From contig NW_027270915.1 in the NCBI RefSeq assembly GCF_040938485.1, positions 806,001 through 870,000 of the forward strand: a DNA stretch of 64,000 bases, written 5' to 3'. The notes beneath the pieces were generated by a model that did no database searches, had not been told where the DNA came from, and was given only the letters and a program-made list of their open reading frames with translations. This document shows, one piece after another, positions 54,801 through 64,000 of this stretch; the stretch's first letter is position 1, and every line of letters starts with the position of its first letter. The DNA is from Diadema antillarum. Lineage: Eukaryota. A program made the position numbers and the translations under genes.

Positions 54801-57800
54801 AACGGAATCGAAATCGGGTTAGAAATGGCGAAGGAGTAGCATTTTGTAGCCAATGTACAATAAAGGTAAAAAATCAAGATCAAAGGTCAAAGAAGTCAAA
54901 GGTCAAAATTCTGTGTAGAAGTTTTGAAGCCCTCACCTAGTGCCATCACATAAAGGAAACGGAATCGAAATCGGGTTAGAAATGGCAAAGGAGTAGCATT
55001 TGGTAGCAAAATGTACAATACAGGTCAAAATCAAGGTCAGAGGTCAAAGAAGTCAAAGGTCAAAATTCTGTGTAGAAGTTTTGAAGCCCTCACCTAGTGC
55101 CATCACTTAAAGCAAACGGAATTGAAATCGGGTTACAAATGACGAAGGAGTAGCATTTTGTAGCAAAATGTACAATATAGGTAAAAAATCAAGGTCAAAG
55201 GTCAAAGAAGTCAAAGGTCAAAATTCTGTGTAGAAGTTTTGAAGCCCTCACCTAGTGCCATCACATAGAGCAAACGGAATCGAAATCGGGTTAGAAATGG
55301 CGAAGGAGTAGCATTTTGTAGGCAATGTACAATACAGGTCAAAAATCAAGGTCAAAGGTCAAAGAAGTCAAAGGTCAAAATTCTGTGTAGAAGTTTTGAA
55401 GCCCTCACCTAGTGCCATCATATAAAGCAAACGGAATCAAAATTGGGTTGGAAATGGCGAAGGAGTAGCATTTTGAAGCAAAATGTACAATATAGGTCAA
55501 AGGTCAAGGTCAAAGGTCACAACTGAAATTCTGTATAGAAGTTTCACAGCTCCCATGTAGTGCTATCATATAAAGCAAACAGAATCAAAATCGGGTTAGA
55601 AATGGCGAAGGAGTAGCATTTTGAACATTTTGATCACACACGGACGCACGGACAGACGGACAGACGGACAGACGGACAGACGGACACACACACGTACGGA
55701 GCCTGTTTCATAGTCCCCTGCTCGAACTCGTTCGGCGGGGACAATAAATTCAGACCAACGATAATTCCATGAGGGAATTTCATACACAATACAATTGCAC
55801 TGACATTTTAAGATCACTGATATCCAGAGAGCAGCATTGTCTTTACAGCTTTCTTGAAAGAATACATAGACTTTAAAGTTCGAATTTCTGAAGGAAGAGA
55901 GTTCCAAATATCAGGTCCAGTGTGTCTGATAGATTTCAGAGCCATCACCGTTTTTAGGATTTTGTAGATGAAATTTATCAGATTGCCTTGTGGGATAAGA
56001 ATGTATATCCTTGTTTAAATGAAATAATGAGAAAAAAGAAGATGGCAACTGACCGTTACACAAACGAAACATAAAAAGTGAATTTTGCAAAAAATTAATA
56101 TCATTTACCTTTAGTGTTTTTAATTCTACGAACAAAGGATCTGAATGGTCCCGATAACCTGAATTGGTGCATATACGTATAGCTTTCTTTTGTAGAAGCA
56201 ATATACTGTCAATGTGACATCTTTCCCCATCGCTTATTCAAGCAAACATGAGACCGAGTTTGCTTTTCACTCCACTTTATGTACGGTACATAATAGCCTT
56301 GTAGCTGGAGGAATCATGCTATAGGTTTTCATAGGATATAATGTGCCGACCCCCCCCCCCCCAAAAAAAAAAAAAAAAAAAAAATGCAAAAGATAAGCAT
56401 CTGTGGGTTAAGCAATTAATGGCAGCAATTGCAACTGGAATCTCAATGGGGACCAACTGGAACCAGTAAACACCCATTGAATTCAATGGGAACCAATTAA
56501 AACCAATTGAGACCAATTGAATTTTCAATTGGGATTCAACTGGATTTTCGTCCTGGGTTAACTTTTATGAAATGACTAACTCATGAATGCACTTCTTGTG
56601 TTGATGGATTACACCCTTAACGATAAGAGTTTGTGGTAGACCTGCTGGTACATGGCTGTACTTTGCTGCCTTAGAGAGGGAACAGTGTTTGTGCAAACAT
56701 TAGGAAGATATGGTGTCTGTCTAGACGAAATGTTCTATCTGCAATCACCAACTCATGACGGACCTGAACAACATCCTTTCCGTTTTGACCTGGTAAAGGT
56801 CACAAAGTGCATGGACGTGCTCCTTTGTTTGGTACATATCATCCCTGTTCTCACTCTAACTCAGAAGATTTAAAGACAGGGGCCACGGAACAGGCAGGGG
56901 AGAAGGCTGCAGCCCCCAGTCCCACTTTTTTTTTTTTTTTTTGCTAAAAAAAGAAAAACAAACAAACGATTAAACAAAGCACACAAAACAAAACAAAAAT
57001 ATAAAGAAAGAAAACAGATCACAAAACCCATGAATTTCCAAAGGTTCCATGCACAGATCCTTCCTGTCCCCTCCTCCCAAGGAAGGTAACTTTGACCTCG
57101 GTTTTCCCCTTTTCTCCAGTCATCCCCACCCCCCTTCCCCCCGAGGAAAACAAAAAACAAAACTAAGCAACCCCCCCCCCCAAAAAAAAAAACCCTGAAA
57201 GGGAAAGTCTACATCTGGATGTTATGTTGCTGCTGTGTAAACATAGAGATATCTGATAAGTTCATCAGTGAAAAGTTAGGAAGGAAACCTAATGCATGAA
57301 AAAAAAATTATGAACTGTGAAATTTGATAGAGTAAATTGGTGAAGTATTTAGATACGGGTATCCTGTAAATACCATATTTTTTTCTCCTCAATTTGGGTT
57401 ACTGTCTCACGAGGAAATCTTGCAAAAACATCTGCATGCTGAAGGGCTTTCAACCATTAACTGTATAATAACATGGATACCTTGTAGAACTCGTAGACTG
57501 ATCCAGGCCAGCCATGGACAATGATGAGGGGTTTAGCCTTCTGTCCAGGCTTTAGTTTAGGCTTCACATGGAGGAAGTGTACATCAATGCCCTCTATGTT
57601 GGTCAAGAACTGGTCATACTGATTTAGCGTTTTCTCAGCATCCCGCCAGCTATGACATAAAGTAAGAAATGACAAAAAAGAAAAGAAAAGAAAAATACAA
57701 GAGTGACATTTGAAAGATAGATGTAGAGCTCTTATATATTTTCCACTTTCTTTAGAATCTTGAAAAATTAGTCCCAAACACTCTACAACTTGATTCCTTG

Positions 57801-59164
57801 GGGGTCGGTAGTATATACAATAGGGGGTTATACTGTGTAGTATATTTCTGTCTATTAAAAGAAATGGTCATATTAGTCTCAGATGTCCCACTATTGATGC
57901 TCAGGTCTAGTATGTATTATTTCATCCTACAGGTTTATATTATCAATGTTAGTTTGATTTCATTTATGAATCTGATGTAAAGCAACTGAATCAGCCTTCC
58001 AGCTGGTGGATAGCTATTTTATATACCACAATGAACCATTTTGAACTGAATTGATTTGAATTGAATTGAATTGGATGTCTTGGAACTCCAAAATGCTTAG
58101 TCATTGACTAGTGTACTACATATGGAGGTAAGAAAGAGATGGGGGGGGGGGGATGCACAGTGCTCAATAAACTTGATTACTCAGACCAGGGCCTTTTGCA
58201 CAGACTACACAGAGTTCCATCGTAGCTGTGCTCCTTGCTTTGTATGGACTGTGATTGCACTTGAACTTTGTTCAGTTAGTATTGACTTACAAGGTTAAGC
58301 GTCCTTTTCTAAATTTGATATTATGCACAGTTTGCAATCCAATGGCTTAGCTTTGCAAAGATGCAGAACTGCACTGCTAGTTTTATGGAAATCTAATAGA
58401 CAGGAATTTGCAAAGAAGTCTGCTACAGGACTTAGAAGAAAATTATAATCATTGATCTATGACTGTGAGCATGCATGAATCAGTAAGCGTGGAGGTTCTA
58501 CATACCAACAGATAGACCACAATGATCATTATGCTATGTGCGTACACTGACTGTTGCAGATATTGTGAACTCTTACCTATAATGTACAGAACTATCATTG
58601 CATATTTGTGTCTTCTGTGTACACAAATTCAACACACATAGTCATGGACAGGAAATAAAATGGCACATAGAGGCCTGGGTTACTGGTACATAATGTCTGT
58701 AATTTACTGTATGCAGTAACTTTACAGTGAACTGAGGACGGAGCTGAGGATTTATGTCAATCTTGTTAATAGATTTAAAACACTCACGACTTAGGTCTTT
58801 AATTAATAAGTTATCAGACACTCTACCAGTTTTACCTGTATTTCTCGAGCCAGTATCTCTGAACCTGCTTCATAAAGTCTGAGTTGAAGCCATAATGGAA
58901 GGCCGAGTCCTCAAGCCGATCAACAAATCGTGTTTTTTTCAATCTCTCCTTGAGATCTGCCAGCACTTTGTCAGACACGTTGACGCGAAACGGGCGAACG
59001 GACGTGTCTTGTTCCTTCCCCGCCACTTCGGGCAGACCACGACCCCACCACCCGCTACCAGCATCGGGGGGTTCAGTGAGCAGACTGGGAGAGAGCAAAC
59101 GTGAAATAAAATAGCCACAAGCGATAGCCAGGACTAGAATAACGAAAGGTGTTTTCCAACCCAT
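48619..59164 (-). CDS. EPHX1: Microsomal epoxide hydrolase paralog D (7 coding exons, 460 aa), canonical active site
   Basis: Exons 58836-59164, 57481-57649, 53314-53428, 52360-52489, 51609-51814, 49530-49761 and 48619-48820. Sizes and phases are identical to C, and all catalytic motifs are present. Confidence 0.96.
49530..49761 (-). CDS. EPHX1: EPHX1-like D exon 6 (second Tyr codon 49571-49573)
   Basis: QGVNDSPVGLAAYIMEKFSTW...IASSMRLYKEELG; 232 nt. Confidence 0.95.
50700..51150 (+). mobile_element. Degenerate CR1/L2-type LINE ORF2 fragment in intron 5 of D (antisense to D)
   Basis: KFLGLILDENVTWNAHV, then after a frameshift YGIIIWGNASKIQLNRVCVLQKRAIRIV...FMYFCYKKFLP; typical of the region downstream of the RT core. 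Confidence 0.85.
51609..51814 (-). CDS. EPHX1: EPHX1-like D exon 5 (first Tyr codon 51643-51645)
   Basis: HVKGVHNNMATL...QESGYMHIQATKPDTA; 206 nt. Confidence 0.95.
52360..52489 (-). CDS. EPHX1: EPHX1-like D exon 4
   Basis: FSASKAGRVFHKLMGRLGFKKYYVQGGDWGSLITRNMAIMFP; 130 nt. Confidence 0.95.
53314..53428 (-). CDS. EPHX1: EPHX1-like D exon 3
   Basis: MLPMLTDPLSHGGTADDIFEVICPSIPGYGFSEAPHKQ; 115 nt. Confidence 0.95.
54626..55748 (+). mobile_element. Helentron-associated (HINE / pearl / DINE-1-like) modular element in intron 2 of D
   Basis: Starts AACAAG. Has subterminal inverted repeats tgtccccgccgga (about 54663) and ttcggcggggaca (55731), a central tandem array, an (ACGG/ACAG)n microsatellite at 55640-55686, and a 3' stem-loop at 55713-55742. 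Confidence 0.75.
54676..55625. repeat. Six tandem ~158-bp units inside the HINE-like element
   Basis: The anchor T of aatgtacaa falls at 54696, 54854, 55012, 55169, 55326 and 55484. Confidence 0.95.
55814..56203 (-). mobile_element. CR1/L2-type LINE ORF2 C-terminal fragment with one frameshift
   Basis: LLQKKAIRICTNSGYRDHSDPLF...IHSYPTRQ, then KSIRHTGPDIWNSLPSEIR...SFKKAVKTMLL*. Confidence 0.85.
57481..57649 (-). CDS. EPHX1: EPHX1-like D exon 2
   Basis: WRDAEKTLNQYDQF...HGWPGSVYEFYK; 169 nt. Confidence 0.95.
58836..59164 (-). CDS. EPHX1: EPHX1-like D exon 1
   Basis: MGWKTPFVIL...YWLEKY; 329 nt; donor AG|GTAAAA. Confidence 0.95.
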
Positions 59165-59489
59165 CTTTTGAGAAACTTTTGAATATGTGGATCGAAATAT
59201 TTAACGAAGTTGAAGCGATAGACATCAGGGTGTTTGAAAAGGTGGGCGGTACTAACAAAGGAACATGCCCACCAAAGAGCATGCGTGCGCTTCTGCTCTT
59301 TATACTTTGGTTTTGAGCGATGTGAGTCATACATGGGAACCAAAGAAGAACGAACGTGTAGAATACTAGTACAGTGTAATAGGATAGCGAGCGCGCGCGC
59401 ACCTAAAGCTGGAGGAGGTTGTGTGTGCACAGTGTACTCAACAGCGTAGAAGTGCGCCAAGAGAGCCTACTCTCCCGATTTTGCGTAGT

Positions 59490-59630
59490 ACGCTCACGGG
59501 CGGGTACGCAGGCGGGTGCGTGTTTTTTTTAACAGCGTCGCTCATGGGCGGGTAGGCGGGTAGCGTCGCTCATGGGCGGGTGCAAGCGCCATTTTAGGAA
59601 GCAAAGCGATCGATAGCGGGCGGATTTTTT
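59490..59630 (-). promoter_or_regulatory. CpG-rich, GC-box-rich putative promoter of D
   Basis: GGGCGG at 59498, 59546, 59574 and 59618. A duplicated 19-mer gcgtcgctcatgggcgggt. A YY1-like GCCATTTT at 59588. Lies 330-470 bp upstream of the ATG. Confidence 0.55.
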
Positions 59631-59694
59631 TACGGATGGAGAGGTACAGTATCTGATCTGCCTCTCTTTCATTTTCTCCCTTTTAGGGAAGCAT

Positions 59695-62571
59695 CAGGGG
59701 CGTCACCAGCTTTTTTTCAAGGGGGGTGCGTTTTGACAGTAAATATAAACTGTGAGATTTTTTTTTTTTTTTTTGATTTGATTTATTGGCTCCTGTGTCA
59801 TCATGTACATTTACACATACTCTATATAGACATGTGAGTGTATACATACACGAATCTTATGAAGGACTATACGGGGGTGCATTATGTGACGGTGTGAGAT
59901 CCTCGGCGATGATCTATTCCGCTCCTTCAGTGCGGAGGGTGTGGGAGGGGGATACCCCCTCCCACGGTAGGAACTTTTTGTAAAAACAAGAGTGTAAAAG
60001 TCGCGCTTATAGAGCATAGTAAAAATAAATATATACTATGACTGACTATTACGGGGGTACATTATTATGTGACGGTGTGGTGTGAGATCCTCGGCGAGGG
60101 AGCGAAGCAACCGAGCAGGAGAGGGTGTAGGAGGGGGATACCCCTCCCACGGAGGGACTTTACGTGAAAAGAAAAAAAAAAAGAGGAGAATTGCATAACA
60201 ATTAAGTGCGAGCGAGCTTGAAAATTTTGATATTTTACAATCCCAAACTGCGGTTTGTAGCTATATTTTTTTCGCTTTGGAAATGAAGGGGGGGGGGGGC
60301 ACCGGGCGCAACTGCTGAACATGAGGATAAGGCATAACGATTAAATGCGAGCGAGCGTAGCGAGCAAGCTTGAAAATGTTGACATTATTTTTACAGTCCC
60401 AAAACTGCCGTTTTTAGCTCTATCTTTTCGCTTTGGAGATTGAAGGGGGGGGGGGGGCGGCGCACAGGGCGCAACTGCTGGCAATTACTGGCAGCAACGT
60501 CAGGAGAATGGCACAACGATAAAATGCGAGCGAGCGAAGCGAGCGAGCTCGAAAATTTTGGCATATTACAGCTAAACTAAAGATGTCGTTTTTAGCTACA
60601 TTAAATTGAAATTAGGCAGGGCGCACCGGGAGCAACTGCTGGCAATTACTGGCAACAACATCAGGAGAATGGGATAACGAGTAAATGCGAGCGAGCGGAG
60701 CGAGCGACTTTGAAAATTTTGACATTTTACTGTAGAAAAAAAAGCTTCCGTTTGTAGCTATTCTTCGCTTTGGAAATTAAGGGGGGCGCACAGGGCGCAA
60801 CTGCAGGCAATTACTGTCAGTTAACATCAGGAGAATGGCATAACAATTAAATGCGAGCGAGCGGAACGAGTGAGCTTGAAAATTTTGACACAGTCAAAAA
60901 ATTGCCGTTTGTAGCTATATTTTTTCGTTTTCGAAATTAAGGGGGGGGGGCGCATCGGGCGCAACTGCTGGCAATTACTGGCAGCAACATCAGGAGAATG
61001 GCATAACGATTATATCGTCTGTATCACTTCAGTCAATCAATTTTCCTTACAACGTTTTTGTTAAAATACCCCAAGGTTCCACAATTATGTTTTCTCAGTT
61101 TACTTTGTTTTGATTATGCAACCTTATTCTATGTTACCAAAGAAAGTGAAATGTTTATGTTCTTTTTGAAAAATGAAATAAAGTTTTAATTGAATTGAAA
61201 TGAATTGAATTGATTAAAATGCCAGCGAGCGGAGCGAGCGAGTGTGAAAATTTTCACATTTTACAGTCTAAAAACTACCGTTTGTAGCTATTCCTTTTCG
61301 CTTTGGAAATTAAGGAGGGGGGGGGGGCGCACCGGGTGCAACTGCTGGCAATCTTACTGGCAGCAACATCAGGAGAATGGCATAGCGATTAAATACGAGC
61401 GAGCGGAGCGAGCGAGCGTGAAAATGTTGACATTTTACAGTCCAAAAACTGCTGTTTGTAGCTTTGTTTTTTCGCTTTGGAAATTAAGGGGGGGGGGCGG
61501 TGCGCCACTGGTAGTCAAGGATGTCGGTTTATGTTCATGATTGCACGGGGGAGGTGTGACCAGCAAGGGGGCGTCGAAGTGACCAAGCGGGTGAAGGATG
61601 TCCAAAATCTGCACTTTAGAGCATCCCCTAATTGTTTGTGTTTGTGTGTGTGTGTTTTATACATGGAAAAGTTGGGAAATAGCCCATGCAGGTCCCGTCT
61701 TATTATTGGCAATGCAAGGCATTTTGATATAGACTATAAGTATGTAAAGCAACAGTCAGTGATCTAGCTTTGATATAACGAAGTGTAAGGTACAGAGGTG
61801 TACATTCTACATCACATTGCGCAACATTGCAGCGACTCTTTGCCGTTCGGATGTTAATTTCTGAGTATACTATACGCTGCTCCATCCTCCTTATCATTCA
61901 GAATGCCAACCAGGAATCACGCTGAATCACAATCTTTTGTCGGCTCCGGGCTTTTTGAACAATGTTTCACACTATTGATGTCACTTTAATTATGGTTAAA
62001 AGAAATCTTAGAGAAAAAAAAAAATCTTGCTCACCCTTTCATGTCAATTTCAAAAGCAGTTTACTAATCCTTGGATAACCATTTTTTTTTTTTGGGGGGG
62101 GGGGTGGGGGGGGTACCAGCGGATGGGGGGGGGGACACCCCCCGTTTCGCCACTGATTGGAGGGAGACTTATAACGGGGGAGGAGGGTGTATGGGCGGGG
62201 TATCTCCCTCCCATGCGACGGAGCTTTTGCATTTTCTGAATTGATAATCCGTTGCACAATGAAATAATATACAGTACGGTCGATATAAGTAGTAAACACA
62301 TTGTATAGCATCAGCGCTGCCAGAGCCGGGGTGCGATTGTTTTTGTTTTTTGTTTTTATTTTTGTTTTGTTTTTGTTCTGTTTTGTTTTTTGTTTTGTTT
62401 TTTTTTCCTCCTGGTGCAAAATATAAAAAAATATGAAGAAAAATGAAAAAAGAACAATTATTTAGCGTCCGGCGTTGAGGTCGCTCGCAGACTGAAGCAT
62501 TTTTTTTTTTTTTTTAAGGTTCTGAAGGGGGGTGCGTTCGCACCCAGCGCACCCCCCTGGTGACGCCCATG
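59695..62571. mobile_element. 2.9-kb non-autonomous TIR element with a 5-bp TSD, related to 13223-17028
   Basis: CAGGGGCGTCACCAG at 59695 and CTGGTGACGCCCATG ending at 62571 (14/15 inverted match). AGCAT on both sides (59690-59694 and 62572-62576). Confidence 0.8.
60190..61500. repeat. About seven degenerate ~165-180-bp tandem units inside the TIR element, interrupted by a ~200-bp insert ending in a (TTGAA)n tail
   Basis: Recurring aaatgcgagcgagc...gaaaattttgaca...ttcgctttggaaatt...poly-G...gcaactgctggcaattactgg...caggagaatggc. Confidence 0.9.
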
Positions 62572-64000
62572 AGCATACAGGGAAAAGAAGAACTCCAGAC
62601 CTCATTACGGCATTTATTTCTGCCTAAGAACGATGAAGGAATGCCCTTTAATATCCAATCTAATGTATACTTCCTCAAAGTTCGAGCTAACTCCCAATGA
62701 TAGGGAGTAGGCCTAACAATGCCTAATGCATGATGTGTCATGCATGAGGGCGGCTCACCACAGCTTTCGAGCCCTTCCCCCCCCCCCTCTCTCTCTCTCT
62801 CTCTCTTTTTTTTTTTGGGGGGGGGGGGGAGACGTGTCCCCTGGTTTTTTTTTTTCCTGAGGATCATCCCCCCCCCCCTGTATTCACAAACTATTATTAT
62901 TTTTCTTTTTTAGCACCCTTGTATATATGCAATAGACTATGTCACGATGATCTGCAATGCGAACATGTTGAAGATTACATTAATATTTGATTGAAAATTC
63001 TCAAATATTCCACCAAAGGTGTGCATCACATGGCTGAATTTTAATTCTGAAAATGCATAGGCCCTCCCCGGCCTCTTCGGTCCACCTCTTACGCAATGAA
63101 GACGCGCATAATAATTAATGTCGATCCTGCATAAAGAGGTCGCGAATGATAACGAATTTAGCCACATTTTCCCTACATTTCCTCCTTTTTTAATTAAAGA
63201 TTGCAAATATTCCACCAAAATGCGCACCAAGTCGTATCAATTCTGAAAATACGGGTCCCTCGTGTGGGAGGGAGACATCCTAAGCCCCCTCCCCCTCTCC
63301 TAGGCCCCATGCACTGTCGACTTCCAATAAACACAGACAGAGTACCAAGTATACACCGTGAAGACCGACATCGTATATAGATCAAGAGGTGGCAGATACC
63401 ATGATTCAGCCAATCACTGTCCCAGAATCTCTTTGATTAAAAACATATCATTCCACCAAAGTGGGCACCGCAAATATTGTTGAATTCTTCTTGAAAAATC
63501 CAAAAGCTCCGACGGTATAGAGTGGACAGTGGCGTAGACAAGTCCATACACAGATCAGACCTATAGTTGTTATGATTTGCGGCCAAGAGAAACAATCTCA
63601 ATCTATTACGGCCAAGAAAGGCGATTCAATGAATGTCCGTTCAAGCCCCCCCCCCCCCCCCCCCCCCACCCACACACCATGGCCACTTTAACCAGGAATA
63701 TTTTTCTGTTAAGGGCAAGACTATAATCGACATTTGTTATACTTGTAATAACAAGAGACGTTGTTTTTAGGGATCAGTAATGTGAAAATATGCGGTGGTG
63801 GCGACAAAGATCACTATTATGATAAATAAGATAATTCATACTAACAAGAAGAGCGCCATGGTTGATAAGAATAATTTTTCTTTCATTTCATAATCATATT
63901 TACTCCAGGACGGCACGTGATTCATCCAATTAAGGGCTTCCTCATGTCCGTGCACCGTAACAATGAAAAAATAAAAGAAATAAAAATAATACCACCGCTT

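Noticed and set aside
63700-64000. E-box (CACGTG) and CCAAT near the right edge as a promoter of a further gene
   Set aside because: These are short motifs with no linked exon visible in the window.

Overview
Intron-rich, AT-rich eukaryotic genomic DNA. It is probably from an invertebrate deuterostome such as a sea urchin, which I infer only from the style of the repeats. I found no rRNA, tRNA genes or CRISPR arrays. The left end holds the first two coding exons of MMGT1/EMC5 (minus strand, running off the window). Most of the window is a cluster of four intact 7-exon microsomal epoxide hydrolase (EPHX1-like) paralogs that I assembled by hand through GT-AG junctions: A (+, 4617-13126, 459 aa), B (+, 20352-29042, 459 aa), C (-, 35916-44594, 460 aa) and D (-, 48619-59164, 460 aa). 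C and D have a canonical active site. A and B keep the nucleophile Asp, His and acid, but both have lost the two epoxide-activating tyrosines and gained an Asp at the post-beta6 position that dehalogenases use for their catalytic acid. A has also lost the Trp after the nucleophile. This points to a neofunctionalised hydrolase pair and is the main finding. Introns and intergenic DNA carry two large TIR elements with 5-bp target duplications (one with a hAT transposase remnant), a Helentron/pearl-like element with an array of DR1 motifs, a probable solo LTR, many MITEs, LINE fragments, a tRNA-derived SINE, microsatellites and two assembly gaps. Family comparisons come from remembered reference sequences; no database search was run.
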